DNA of 64,000 nucleotides from Caecitellus pseudoparvulus (GCA_965644315.1 CBFFRQ010000018.1:868001-932000), one strand, 5' to 3'. Shown: positions 11,789-22,811, numbered from the stretch's first letter. Notes: generated from the letters alone by a model not told the origin. Numbers and translations are program-made.

Positions 11789-13144
11789 ATGATTGGAAAG
11801 GCTGCTTTGCACGTCAGCCGGCATGTTGCCTCTCTGGCTGCCGCCCGTAGGTGTCTGCCATCCCTGCAAGTGCAGGGGGAGAGGTTCGCAAGCTCGGAAA
11901 GCATTGGACTGGTCGGCATGCCAAATGTCGGCAAAAGCACGCTGTTCAACGCGTTGACTGAGACGCAGAACGCAGAGGCTGCCAACTATCCCTTCTGTAC
12001 CATCGACCCGAACACGGCCTCAGTGGCCGTGCAGGACCCCAGGCTCGCTCAGCTGTCAAGCATCACAGGCTCAGCAGCCATCATCCCCAGCCAAGTGGAG
12101 TTCACTGACATCGCAGGGCTGATCAAAGGTGCCAGCCAGGGCGAAGGCCTTGGCAACAAGTTCTTGACCAACATTCGCGAGTGTGCGGTGGTGGCACAGG
12201 TCGTGCGCTGCTTCACTGACCCCGAGGTGGTGCATGTGGAGGAGGCCGGCCCAGACCCAGCCCGAGACATCGCCACCATTGAAGGGGAGTTGATCCTGGC
12301 TGACCTGCAGTCAGTGGAGAGCCGCTTAGCCCGTCTGGCCAGCCGAAAAGGTAAGCCTACGCCAGCAGACGAGTTGTTGAAGCGCCTGCTGGAGCGGGTG
12401 CAGCCGGTGCTGTCCGAGGGATTGCCAGCGCGGCTGGCGCTGGCGGCCGCCGCCAAGGCAGCCCACGAAGCGGAGGTGGGAGGAGCTGGCAAGGTGACAG
12501 CCCCTGAATTGGTGGCTTGGCGCCAGCTCCACCTGCTCACGGCCAAGCCCACCATGTACATCTGCAACGTGGACGAGGACGGTGCCGGCGATGCGAACGG
12601 CAATGCGATGTACAGGGAGGTGCTGGCCCACGTGAAAGATGCGTTTGAAGAGCAGCGGGCGGCCCTGGCACAACTGGGCATGCTGGAGGAGGAAGATTTG
12701 CTTTCTGCCCCCACCGTGCTCAAGGTGTGCGCCAACATGGAGGAAGAAATTGGCGCCGCGGTGGCAGGGTGTGGGAGTGTGGAGGAGGCAGAAGCAACAC
12801 GCTTGGAGCTTCTGGAGGGGTTCGGCCTCGAGGAGCGTGGTCTGGATGCCGTCATCCGTGCCGGCACCAGCCTGCTTGGTCTCGCCACATACTTCACCAG
12901 CGGCGAGATGGAGACACGTGCCTGGCGCATTGCACGGGGCACCCGGGCGCCGGCGGCTGCCGGAGTCATCCACACAGACATGCAGCGAGGCTTCATCCGA
13001 GCTGACACAGTCGCCTTCCAAGACTTTGTGGACTGCAAGGGCTGGGAAGGTGCACGTGCTGCAGGGAAGGCCCGTGCTGAGGGGAAGGAGTACGTCGTCC
13101 AGGATGGTGACGTGATGCTGTTCAAGTTCAGTGGTGGGAAGTAG
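11789..13144 (+). CDS. ychF: Obg-like ATPase YchF/OLA1 with probable organellar (mitochondrial) presequence
   Basis: IGLVGMPNVGKSTLFNALT, AANYPFCTIDPN, DIAGLIKGASQGEGLGNKFL, AAGVIHTD...GFIRA, EGKEYVVQDGDV; Arg/Ala/Ser-rich N-terminus. Confidence 0.95.
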   Translation: MIGKAALHVSRHVASLAAARRCLPSLQVQGERFASSESIGLVGMPNVGKSTLFNALTETQNAEAANYPFCTIDPNTASVAVQDPRLAQLSSITGSAAIIPSQVEFTDIAGLIKGASQGEGLGNKFLTNIRECAVVAQVVRCFTDPEVVHVEEAGPDPARDIATIEGELILADLQSVESRLARLASRKGKPTPADELLKRLLERVQPVLSEGLPARLALAAAAKAAHEAEVGGAGKVTAPELVAWRQLHLLTAKPTMYICNVDEDGAGDANGNAMYREVLAHVKDAFEEQRAALAQLGMLEEEDLLSAPTVLKVCANMEEEIGAAVAGCGSVEEAEATRLELLEGFGLEERGLDAVIRAGTSLLGLATYFTSGEMETRAWRIARGTRAPAAAGVIHTDMQRGFIRADTVAFQDFVDCKGWEGARAAGKARAEGKEYVVQDGDVMLFKFSGGK

Positions 13145-13305
13145 TGCTGAAGCGGATGGGCTGTGCTTTGCCTGTCCACATCAGGCGTGCGGTGCGGGTA
13201 AATTCAGAGCTGCGAGGAATTCTAAAAATAGCACTGTTCAATTAGCTTCCACTGTCTTTTCCTTGACTCGTGTGCTCCCAGCTCACCTGCGAGCGTGATT
13301 GCGAG

Positions 13306-14940
13306 ATGACCACCTGGTGCGGATTTTGGCCTGCAACCATCACGTTGCTAGTCTTCGCGCTTGCGTGGGAAGGTGCGACAGGAGCGAAGGAATACCGGTG
13401 CTCCCTCGCGTGGAATACGTTCCTTGTCCACGGTGGCCCGCTCTTGTTGAGGCACGGCACCAACGAAGTGCAGTGGGCGGATTGGGAAGAAGCCGGAGCA
13501 GCTCGCTGGCACACTGGTGAACTGCAGGCAAGCTCCGCAGCCAGACACGCCTTCCAAACGTGCATGGACAACCTGCAGGGCGCTTGGAACCCTGAAGGTA
13601 TGCCTCCCAACATGACACTGCAGTCTGTATATCAAAAAGCAGCGGAGAGTCCAGATGCGACCTTCCTGTACCAGGATCCACTGCGGGGAGCTGGCGGAGC
13701 TGGACAGCGCAGCTACCAGGTCGGCGACATGCCGCTGTCTGGCTTGGTGCAGGCATGTGGTGCTGGTGGGCATGAAGTGGCGCCTCTGCTGTACTATTCT
13801 GGCTCGCTGTCGGGGTGGCCCCGCCGGTACCGTGGCACCGTCGCCTTCAGGGACTGGGCACCGTCTTCCCTGCGCCACCTTCGGCATGCTTTCCAGTGGG
13901 AGGCGCATGTTTGGATGGGCTGCAGACGCGTCCACGCACCCATGCACTACGACAGCGTTGTCAACATGTTCCTGCAGCTGCACGGGGAGAAACACTTCCG
14001 CCTCGCCCCGCCCACTGCGGCAGTTGACCTGCGGCTGCACCCTCGCCATCACAAGTCCAGCTGCCAGTCACAGTGTGCTTGCACGTGGGGCGGGGGTGGA
14101 TCTGCCTGCCCCGACTGCTTCAATAGCACGTGCGCGAGCCAGTGGGGCTTTCTAGACGTCACCTTGGGGCCTGGGGATGTCCTGATCCTCCCACCTTACA
14201 CGCTGCATGAGGTGACCGCTGGAGGGCCACCAGGGCCAGGCTGCTTCGCCACCTCTCCAAGCTCCAGCAGAGAAAGCGAGCTGTCAGTTTCAGTGTCACT
14301 GTGGGGTGATGCCCCCGAGTGGACTGCGGTGGATGCTCTCATGGGTCTCCCCTTGCCTTTGCAGGCCCTGGCAAAGGGCAAAGCGGGCCTTGTGGGAGCC
14401 AAACCATGGCTGGCCGGCGAGGCTGATCATGCCGGACCCTGCTCACATGACGGCACATGGAGCATCCCCTGCTTGGCAAGTGCGCTGTGGACCTTCATTT
14501 CCCACACGAGCGCTCAAGTGCAGAACCAGTGGCGGGTATCTGTGCCGTCCGTCGTCGAGCACCTTGTCTCAAGGCACGGTGACAGCCAGGCGCCTTGCTC
14601 CGCCATTCCCCGCTTCCCCCACCTCTCGGCTGAAGTCCAAGACAAGCTCAAGTTGTACTCAACTCGACTTGCGAATGCTGCGCTGCACCTTGCAGACATT
14701 CATTCCGGCTGGCGGCATGAGCAGGCGGGTAGGCGAGCTCTGAAGCAGCGTCCCGAGGCAACGCAGCATGCACAGGGTGCTGCAGTGGCCTCTCTGAAGC
14801 TTGCTGACTTGCTCGACGACGCATTGCACTGGATGGCAACTGAGATAGCATCTCTTGCGCCTGATTCAGGTGCTGCCCAACTGGCAAACCAAACCCTGCA
14901 CGCTGTCGTGTCCGGCTTGCATTGCAGCTACGGCGTTTGA
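13306..14940 (+). CDS. JmjC / cupin-like 2-oxoglutarate-Fe(II) oxygenase with N-terminal hydrophobic leader
   Basis: WMG...APMHYD..NMFLQLHGEKHFRLAPP and LGPGDVLILPPYTLHEV give the HxD...H triad; ATG 13306 is followed by ITLLVFALAW. Confidence 0.85.
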   Translation: MTTWCGFWPATITLLVFALAWEGATGAKEYRCSLAWNTFLVHGGPLLLRHGTNEVQWADWEEAGAARWHTGELQASSAARHAFQTCMDNLQGAWNPEGMPPNMTLQSVYQKAAESPDATFLYQDPLRGAGGAGQRSYQVGDMPLSGLVQACGAGGHEVAPLLYYSGSLSGWPRRYRGTVAFRDWAPSSLRHLRHAFQWEAHVWMGCRRVHAPMHYDSVVNMFLQLHGEKHFRLAPPTAAVDLRLHPRHHKSSCQSQCACTWGGGGSACPDCFNSTCASQWGFLDVTLGPGDVLILPPYTLHEVTAGGPPGPGCFATSPSSSRESELSVSVSLWGDAPEWTAVDALMGLPLPLQALAKGKAGLVGAKPWLAGEADHAGPCSHDGTWSIPCLASALWTFISHTSAQVQNQWRVSVPSVVEHLVSRHGDSQAPCSAIPRFPHLSAEVQDKLKLYSTRLANAALHLADIHSGWRHEQAGRRALKQRPEATQHAQGAAVASLKLADLLDDALHWMATEIASLAPDSGAAQLANQTLHAVVSGLHCSYGV

Positions 14941-15337
14941 GCGGCGTTTCCCTCCAGCAAGGCGGCACTCTGCTGCGCCACGGGCCACTCGTGCTGCAGC
15001 ATCTTGCATTGCACCTCTGCGATTTCACGCAGCGCTTGTGCCCTAGCGTGGAGAATTGGTGTGCCTGCTCTGAGCTGCACGTCCAACACGGCGAGCCTGG
15101 CTTCCAGCTTCAGCAGGCGCCTGCGCGCCTCCACCATGCTGGAGACCAGGCCCAGAACGTCGTCCAGCAAGGTTGCCGGGACAATTGCAGAGGTGTCTTC
15201 TGCGCTGGGTTCCTTGCATGCCTCCATCAAGGCTTCCTGCGCACCGGGTACAGGCTACGGTGTGGCCCGCTCGGCTCGGTTTCGCTTCGTGCAGGCACAC
15301 ACACCCATGCCTGCTCCGCTTGATCGGAGCTGTCCAT
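14928..15337 (-). CDS. Small hypothetical helical/coiled-coil protein (~113 aa)
   Basis: ATG 15337 and intron 15237-15304 (GTGTGT...GCAG) give MDSSDQAEQAW|EALMEACKEP...LLDDVLGLVSSMVEARRRLLKLEARLAVLD in frame; AATGCA follows the stop. Confidence 0.55.
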
Positions 15338-15428
15338 GCCTACAACGCACTGCCGTTGCAAATCAAGGTGGGTGTGAGCATGTATTCCAGGCCAGCAGCC
15401 AGCGCAATTTGCTGGGAGGTGAAGAAAT

Positions 15429-17315
15429 CTACGCACGAGGCTTGACTTTCATCCACAGCCCGCCATCTGGACGCACGGGAATGACGTAGCTGTCGGTGGC
15501 GACGCGGCCATCCTTGGTGGCAGCGCCATCCCCATGGGGCGACGCGGTGAGCTCCAGGTCCCACCGCTGCAGGATGGTGCCCAGGACCACCTTGGCCTCC
15601 ATGAGGGCCAAGTTGCGCCCAATGCAGTCCCGCTTGCCCAGCGAAAAGGGCATGTATGCGAAGTTGTGGCGGTCCTTGCGCTCCTCCTTGCTGAAACGCT
15701 CAGGGCGGAATTCTTCAGCGTCTTCACCCCAAATGCGGGGGTCGCGGTGCAGGGCCCAGCAAGACATGACGACGCAGGAGCCCTTGGGCACAATCTTGCC
15801 GCACAGCTCCGTGTCCACGAGCGTGTCACGAGTCAGCACGGGCACGGGTGTGTACAAGCGCATGGCCTCGAACATGACACACTCCAGGTACTCCAAGCTC
15901 TTGAAGGCGTCGTATTCAGCGAAGTCCCCGAACTCGTCGTCTGCAGCAAGGGGGGGGGGGGTGCAGCGGATGGGAGCCACAAACACTGCAATGAAAGCAA
16001 CGCACCATAAGTGCCCAGTGCGGCATCCACTTCTTCACGCGCCACCTTGAACTTGTCGGGGTGCCGCGCAAGCAGGTAGCAAGACCACAGCAGCATCATG
16101 CTCGTCGTCTCGTGCCCTGCCAGCAGCATGGTCTTGAGCTCGTCGGCCAGCTCCTCGTCAGTGAGTGCCGGGCCCTTGTTCTCCGCCACGGCCTCCTCGT
16201 CTGCCTGCAGCATCATGTCCAGCATGTCTCCGCCCAGCGCTGCGGCAATGCGGCGAGTGTCTGCTGGCGCGGCGGCCTTGTCGCCCAGGCTGCTGCGAGA
16301 CTTGCGCTCGGCGCGGCGCTTGGCGATGATGGCGAAGACCAGCTCATTGAGCTGCTTCAGCTTGCTCTGGTGCTCCGCCTCGGTCCACATGAAGCGGCGC
16401 CAAGGCTGCATGACGCGTTGGTTCAGCTCGTCCAGCACACTCTCAAACAAGACAGGCAGCACGCCTGCCTCGTCAGGGCCAAGCCCAACAGCAACTTCCG
16501 AGATGACCTCCAACGTCACGGTGCGGAAGGTGAGGCCCAGCTCCACCGCGTTGCGCTCAGCGGACAGCCCGCTCCACTTGCGGCACAGGCGCTCAGCAGC
16601 GCTGGTGAAGACTGGGTGCAGGCGCCGCAGAGCATCGAAGTGAAACGCAGGCTTCAACATGCGGCGGTGCTTCTGCCACTTGGCTCCCTTGGTGGTCACG
16701 AGGCCTCGGCCGAGGATGGGCCTGCGAGGCGTGCACAGTGCCCGCGATAGGTGCCGGCACGGCTCGGAGAGTGCGGAAATCGGCTCAGCACTTCACCCAC
16801 CGGAACGTGTCGTAGGTCCAGTCGTCCTTCTGGAAGTTGTCAGCCTTGGTGCGGAGGATGGTCTTGATGGCGTCTGCGTCACACACTGCCACCATGTTCA
16901 AGGTCCACACGCCGCTGCGAGTGAGGGGATGTTGGCAAGGCTGTGACGCTGCTCCAGCACGGCGCACGGCCTGCCGTGTCCAGGTACGCACAAGGTGTAG
17001 ATGTCGCCATACTGCTTGTGCCAGCGCGCAAACTGGTTCCAGGGCTCCTTCATCACAGACAGGGCGTTGCCGAAGATGGGCAGCTTGGGTGGCCCTGGCA
17101 GGTGCATGACGCTGAGCCCGGTGATGATGTTCCAGCAGGAAGCCAGCAAGACGAGGGCAGCGATGCCCAAGCCAATGTAGTGCTCAGAGCTGTGGAGCAG
17201 GAGCGCCAGCAGGGCTGTGGGGGCAGGGCGCGGTGCGGGTGATGCGCACAGAGCGAACTCACGGCGCAGAGCCATCAAGCACAGCGGCAGCCGACGCCGC
17301 GAAATCAACCACCAT
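15429..17315 (-). CDS. Cytochrome P450 (CYP745-like by recollection), 5 exons
   Basis: ATG 17315 and four GT-AG introns. N-terminal anchor, LPGPPKLPIFGN, LVTTKGAKWQKHRR, I-helix MLLAGHETTS, EAMRLY, FRPERF, heme motif FSLGKRDCIG. P450 call is firm, family call is tentative. Confidence 0.93.
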
Positions 17316-17681
17316 GTCCGCTCTCTCTGCAGCTCGATTGGGACTCCTGGCGCTGGCAAGCCTCGCGCCAGTGGGAAAAGTACGCTGGCTTCTTGCATAC
17401 GCTAGAGCTGGGAGGCACACCGTGGAGGGAGAAGTGCTGGGGCGGCGCGTGTGCCAACATCACACTTGCATCGGCCGTTCCTTGGCTGGCAGGCAGCCCC
17501 CTTCACAACGGGCCGCAGCAAGTCTGCCACGGCGAGCCCGAACGGAAAGCCGACCTTGGCCACTTTTCCACTTCAAACCCCACCCAGTGCACAGCACTTC
17601 TCTGCAGGAAGTGCGCAGCAGTCGGAGCACTGCTGCCTGGGCCATTGGTGCAGCTCAAATTCCGCAATCAGCCCGTCCACC
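17316..17681. promoter_or_regulatory. Putative bidirectional promoter between the two P450 genes
   Basis: 366-bp gap between divergent ATGs at 17315 (-) and 17682 (+). Confidence 0.5.
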
Positions 17682-19317
17682 ATGTCTGTTCTTGCCTCCA
17701 CGCTGGAGCAGGTGCTGGAGGCGCCAGTCCTGTCCGCCCTTGTCCTGGTGGTGCTGTGCGTGTCACTGGCAGCGCTGTGCCCTGCGCGGCGCCCGCTTGC
17801 GACGCGCCAGCTCACCTCTCTCGCCCCTCACTGCCCACTCACAGCACAATCGTCGGCGCTGTCGTCGTGCTGAGCATCCGGCCAGCGAGGGCTCCGCCTG
17901 TTTTCACGAGCGGGCTGCCCATCATTGGCCCCTTCTTGAAGTTCGCCGACTCCCCCGTCGGCACCGTGCGGGAGGCGTACGAAAAGGTGCGCTCGCCTCG
18001 CCCAGCCAGCACTGGCCTGCTTACAACCCTCACAGCGCGCTTGCTGCGTCCCCTCCCACTTCACAGCATGGCACCGTGTTCACCCTGAGCATGCTGGGCC
18101 AGAACATGACTTTCCTGCTGGGCCCCAAGGCCCACACGCCGTTCTTCTCTGCCCCCGACCGCGATGTGTCTCAGGCGGAAGTGTACAAGTTCATGACACC
18201 CGTTTTCGGCAAAGGTGTCGTGTACGACGCCCCGCAGCACGAGATGCAGCAGCAGCTGCGCTTCATGTCTGCCTCCCTGAACTCCAAGCACCTGGAGACG
18301 TACGTGCCCCAGATGCAGCGTGAGGCTGAGGAGTACTTCGGCGCCTGGCCCGACGAGGGCGAGGTGACGCTCATGGACGAGATGGCGCAGCTGATCATCC
18401 TCACCGCCTCCCGCTGCCTGATGGGGCCGGAGATCCGCGAGACGCTGTTCAAGGAGGTGGCGCAGCTGTACCACGACCTGGACGAGGGCATCACGCCGCT
18501 GTCCGTGTTCTTCCCCAACGCACCCACGCCCCAGCACTGGAAGCGCGACCGGGCACGCAAGGAGATGGGGCGCCTGTTCGGGAAGGTCATTGCCGACCGC
18601 CGGCGCAAGGGCACCAAGTACGAGGACGTGCTGCAGGTGTTCATGGACGCCAAGTACAAGGACGACCGCACGCTGTCTGACGACGAGATCACGGGCCTGC
18701 TGGTTGCGCTGCTGTTCGCAGGGCAGCACACCAGCAGCATCACCACCACCTGGACGGCCATGATGATCATGCACCACCCTGAGCTGCAGAAGCGCGTGCT
18801 GCAGGAGCAGGCGGAGAAGATGCAGTCCCCCGACCTGGACTACGCCACCATCAACAGCCTGGACCTCATGCACAACTGCGTGAAGGAGGCCATCCGCATG
18901 TACCCCCCCCTCATCTTCCTCATGCGCAAGGCCAAGGTGGACATGAAGGTGGAGGGCGGCTACGTCGTGCCCAAGGGCGACATCATCATGGCTGCACCCG
19001 GTGTCTCCATGCGCCTGCCGGAGAAGGACAGCTCCTTCTCAGACCCCGACACCTTCGACCCCGACCGCTACACTGCGCCCAAGAACGAGGGCAAGGGCAA
19101 GTACGAGTACATCGGGTTCGGCGGCGGCATCCACGCCTGCATGGGCGAGCGCTTCGGCTTCCTGCAGGTCAAGAGCATCCTCTCCGTGCTGTTCCGGGAC
19201 TTCGAGGTGCAGCCTGTGGACAAGGACGCGCCCCTGCCCGACTACAAGGCCATGGTGGTGGGCCCCATCGCCTCGGCCACCCGCATCCGCTTTAAGCGCA
19301 AGAAGCCCACCAAGTGA
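17682..19317 (+). CDS. CYP51: Sterol 14-alpha demethylase CYP51
   Basis: ATG 17682; introns 17756-17844 and 17987-18066 splice in frame. YKFMTPVFGKGVVYD, LIILTASRCLMG, ALLFAGQHTSSITTTW, heme motif GFGGGIHACMGERF. Confidence 0.96.
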
Positions 19318-19338
19318 CGTGCCCCTGACCCCCCCGCC

Positions 19339-19402
19339 AATGCATGCATGCAACCCGGCGCTGTGTGGTGCTGGGCAAACCCTGCCCACAGCCACGTGCA
19401 TT
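19339..19402. terminator. Pair of AATGCA motifs on opposite strands between convergent stops (candidate 3'-end processing signals)
   Basis: AATGCA at 19339-19344 (+) after the CYP51 stop; TGCATT at 19397-19402 (AATGCA on -) overlapping the TAA of the opposite gene. The same motif recurs after many other stops. Confidence 0.5.
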
Positions 19403-22400
19403 AACCCTGCTGCGCCGTACCCTCTGCATGCTCGCTGTCCAGCTGCTGGGCGTCCTCTGCGTCCTCGGCCAGCACGGCGTTGATGGAGGTGCCCAGGGCG
19501 CCAGGCTGCAGGAACAAGCTGCGCAAGCCGTGTGCCAGCACATCTCGCTCCTCCTCGCTGGCCATCTGCACATCCAGGCCCCGGGTCTGCCCCTGAATCA
19601 CCAGCAGCGTGCCGGGTGAGGCGCCGGACCCCGTCCGCCGCAGGTTGGCGCTGGCCAGCCCCGTGTCCACAGACACAATGCCCGACACGGGCATGGCCTT
19701 GTCACTGTCTGGGGGCGCGTCCATGTCGGAGCCTTCCTTGCCCCACCGCAGCAGCGGCACCTCCCCCTCCATGTCAAGCCACATGACCCGCGTGTGGGGC
19801 GACCCCCAGCGCCCGTGCTTCGTGAACCGGATGCCGTGCAGGAGCAGGCGCAGGAACTCCGTGTCTGGCATGAACTGCCGCGCGCTCGTTGGCCCCTCCC
19901 CCTCCTGGCTGTCCCCTGCAGCTGCAGCAGCCTGCGATGGTTCAACCTCCCCCTGCGCCTGTACCGGCGCCGGTGCAGGTGCTGGGGTCGGTGACGGCGC
20001 AGTCTCTGGGGCGGCGGGGGGGCTGGGCGGTGGTGAGGGCGCGAAGGAAACAGCTCGTGCCCCGGCCTGCTCCGCAGCGTCGGCTTGCGGTGGAGCAGGG
20101 GTGGTGCTGGTGCTGGGCCCAGTCGGTGCAGAGGGCGGTTCGCCCGTGGTGCCCCCCTGCTCCTCCTGCTGAGCGGGGGGGTCGTACGAAGGCGCCTCCC
20201 CACGGCTCCCCAGTGGCACAGGGCTACCTGGCGCCACATGCCCCCCGTCCTCACTGCCCCCCGGGCCTGCTGCCGCAGCAGAGGCCGTGGATCCAGGGGC
20301 TCGTGTAGTGGACGGAGGAGCGGGGGTGCCAGCCAGCGAGCCTGGCCCAGGGCCTTGACTGCTCCCAGCTTCCTCTTCCTGCTGGGACGGCGGGCCACCC
20401 GTCCCAGCCTGCGCCGCTGCCAGGGGGCGTGCCGGCGCGTGGCGGCTGCTGGGGGCTGCGGGGCGCAGTGTCGGTGCCACCACTGACGGGGGGGCTGCTG
20501 GGGCCCGGGCGTGGGCAGGCCTGGTCTGGCCGCTGCCGGGCTCAGCCTGCGGCAGCTGTGCCGCCGGCCTCTGCGCAGCAGCAGTGTGCTTGCTGCCGCC
20601 AGAGGAGCCTGATCCCGCCTGTGCAGCCACACTTGCGTCCCCTGCACCGCCCGAGCCTGGTGCAGGCCCAGGCACCGCGGAGGGGGGTGCCGAGGGGGGG
20701 ATGCTTTGTCCTGACGCTGTGTTGGGCTGTGCTGGTGGGATGACGGGCAAGGGGGACATGGTGCCACCCACCTCGCCGGGGGTGGTGCTGTGGCGCATGT
20801 GGGGTGGGACGCGGCCCCCGCCTTCCCCCGTGCCCCCTGCAGGCTGCGGCGGAGACACGCCCCTTACCGCCCCGGGCGCCCGCTGCCGCACACGTGTTGG
20901 GGCTTCGCCCAGGCGCACAGTGTCCCCCCGTGCAGGGCTGCTGTCAGTCGGGCCTGGGGGCCACAGTGGCGGCGCCGGCGCTTGGGCAACTGCGGGTGCC
21001 GGCTCCGTCGCTGTGGCTGTGGTTGTGGCGGCGGGGGCAGGTCCGGGCGCCGTGGCGCCAACTAGCAAAGCTGGCGTGGGGGGTGCCTCCAACACAGCCT
21101 GCTGCGCTCGCTGCAGGTCCTGTGTCTGTGCTTGCAGCGTCGCGATGGCCTCAGCATGCTCCTGCTTGTCCGCTGCCTGCTGGGCCTGGATGGCTCGCAG
21201 GGTGTCCATGAGCTGCCCCTGGGCCGCCAACGCGTCCAGCTGCGCCGCTTGCATCTGAGAGATGGCAGACTGCGTCTCCTTCTGCGCGGTGGCCACCTCC
21301 CGTAGCATGACGTGGTGCTCGGCCAGGATGTTCTCGTGCACGGTTGCCTGCTGCGCCAGCGCCGCAGTCGCCTCTGACACGGCTTGCGACAGCTGCTGGG
21401 GCGACGCGAGGGTGGTGGATGGTGGAGTTGGGCCGACAGATGCTGGGGGCCGCTGGAAGGGCGTGCTGGCCTGCTGCTGGGGCGGGAAGGCTGGGGACCC
21501 GTCCGAGGGCCGGCCGCTGCTCTGCAGGGGGCGTGGAGCGAAGCGCCAGGCGGTGGGTGACCCCGCCCCGCCGCCCTGGGTCTGCGAGGTCGCGCGGTCA
21601 GGGCGGCGGGAGCTGCTCGGGGTCGCTGCAGTGGGTGCCGAGTGGGTTCGGCTGCCACTCCCAGGGCCCTCCGCTCCTGACGGCTCCGGGCCAGGGACGG
21701 GGGTGACTGCTTCATGGAGGGGGCGGGAGGGGGGTGCAGGGGGGGTGTCCGGGGAGGGGCGAGGCCACACCGGCGCAGGGGACCCTCGACTGCGGTGCGT
21801 GGCGGCATAGCTCTGGTAGCCCCCCCCCTGCGCTGAGCCGGGCTGGGACAGCTGCCGCAAGGACCACTGCTCAGGCGCCGCAGCAGGCCCCGCGCCATCT
21901 GAATCGCTGCTGCTGGTGCTGCTGGTGCTGCTGGCCACAGCCCTGCTGCTGCCTGGCGCGGCCGCGGCGTGGTCTGGCGCAGTGGACCCGCCCTGCCCTC
22001 GAAGCCAGGCTGTGGCGGGGGAGGGCGGCATGGCCGTGCGGGAGAGCAGGTCTGCCGTGAACTCCGCATCAGGGTCGTAGCGCTCGTGGGCGCGGCTGCG
22101 GTCTGGCTGCTGCGGACGGGGCGACGCAGCCTGCGTCAGGGCGTGGCGCGACCGGGTCGCAGCAACCGAAGCAGTGAGCAGGGCAGCAGGGTCACCGCGA
22201 ACACTGTCGGCATCTGCCAAGCGCTGCAGCAGCTGTGTGACTCTGGGGTTGCGCGTGCGGGGCGTGGGCTGGCGGCCTGCCTGCGTGGAGGCCGCGGTGC
22301 TGGAGGCACCCCATGTAGAGGCCAGGGCGTGAGGCGGCAGGGTCTCGTCCAGGAGGGAGCGGTGGTGAGACCCGGCAAAGGAACGGGACGTCGTCGCCAT

Positions 22401-22811
22401 GAGGTCCTCTCCTTGCATGGGGCTGGCTGCGTCGGCCTCCAGGTCGCGTGCCGTCACTGCAGCAGGCTGCTCGTCGTACGCCAGCAGCGTTTTTGCGCGG
22501 GACACGACGGGCAGACCGTGCTCCCGTGTGTTGACGGGGGAGTGCAGCTCAGGAAGCCGTGATGTGGGATGCACGTGACCTGAGTGGTTGAGTGACATGT
22601 TGTCCACGCGCATGTCGTCCACGTGGGCGTGTGGGTGGTCCAGGGGCACAGCCTCGCCTGGCTGATGCAGCCGAGCGGTACGCGAAGCCTCGTGCACTGA
22701 CGCGTGCTCCTGGCCGTATGCACCATGTCTGGAAAGGTGGCTGTCCAATATCACATCCCGCAGCCGGTGCAGGTCCATCGTCACCTGGCGAATGCTGACG
22801 TTGGAAGCCAT
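19401..22811 (-). CDS. Large low-complexity protein with central coiled coil and C-terminal PLC-type PH domain
   Basis: 1136-aa ORF; Q/A-rich heptads; C-terminal FTKHGRWGSPHTRVMWLD...LLRWGK...VSGIVSVDTG...GLDVQMASEEERDVLAHGLRSL. Confidence 0.75.
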   Translation of the reverse strand: MASNVSIRQVTMDLHRLRDVILDSHLSRHGAYGQEHASVHEASRTARLHQPGEAVPLDHPHAHVDDMRVDNMSLNHSGHVHPTSRLPELHSPVNTREHGLPVVSRAKTLLAYDEQPAAVTARDLEADAASPMQGEDLMATTSRSFAGSHHRSLLDETLPPHALASTWGASSTAASTQAGRQPTPRTRNPRVTQLLQRLADADSVRGDPAALLTASVAATRSRHALTQAASPRPQQPDRSRAHERYDPDAEFTADLLSRTAMPPSPATAWLRGQGGSTAPDHAAAAPGSSRAVASSTSSTSSSDSDGAGPAAAPEQWSLRQLSQPGSAQGGGYQSYAATHRSRGSPAPVWPRPSPDTPPAPPSRPLHEAVTPVPGPEPSGAEGPGSGSRTHSAPTAATPSSSRRPDRATSQTQGGGAGSPTAWRFAPRPLQSSGRPSDGSPAFPPQQQASTPFQRPPASVGPTPPSTTLASPQQLSQAVSEATAALAQQATVHENILAEHHVMLREVATAQKETQSAISQMQAAQLDALAAQGQLMDTLRAIQAQQAADKQEHAEAIATLQAQTQDLQRAQQAVLEAPPTPALLVGATAPGPAPAATTTATATEPAPAVAQAPAPPLWPPGPTDSSPARGDTVRLGEAPTRVRQRAPGAVRGVSPPQPAGGTGEGGGRVPPHMRHSTTPGEVGGTMSPLPVIPPAQPNTASGQSIPPSAPPSAVPGPAPGSGGAGDASVAAQAGSGSSGGSKHTAAAQRPAAQLPQAEPGSGQTRPAHARAPAAPPSVVAPTLRPAAPSSRHAPARPLAAAQAGTGGPPSQQEEEAGSSQGPGPGSLAGTPAPPSTTRAPGSTASAAAAGPGGSEDGGHVAPGSPVPLGSRGEAPSYDPPAQQEEQGGTTGEPPSAPTGPSTSTTPAPPQADAAEQAGARAVSFAPSPPPSPPAAPETAPSPTPAPAPAPVQAQGEVEPSQAAAAAGDSQEGEGPTSARQFMPDTEFLRLLLHGIRFTKHGRWGSPHTRVMWLDMEGEVPLLRWGKEGSDMDAPPDSDKAMPVSGIVSVDTGLASANLRRTGSGASPGTLLVIQGQTRGLDVQMASEEERDVLAHGLRSLFLQPGALGTSINAVLAEDAEDAQQLDSEHAEGTAQQG

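Noticed and set aside
15950-15961. Long G run as a second frameshift site
   Set aside because: It lies in the pyrimidine tract of a P450 intron on the minus strand; splicing explains the frame change.
17233-17681. N-terminal extension of the 694-aa CYP51 ORF
   Set aside because: It reads through the promoter and introns by chance; the spliced model from ATG 17682 gives a normal membrane anchor.
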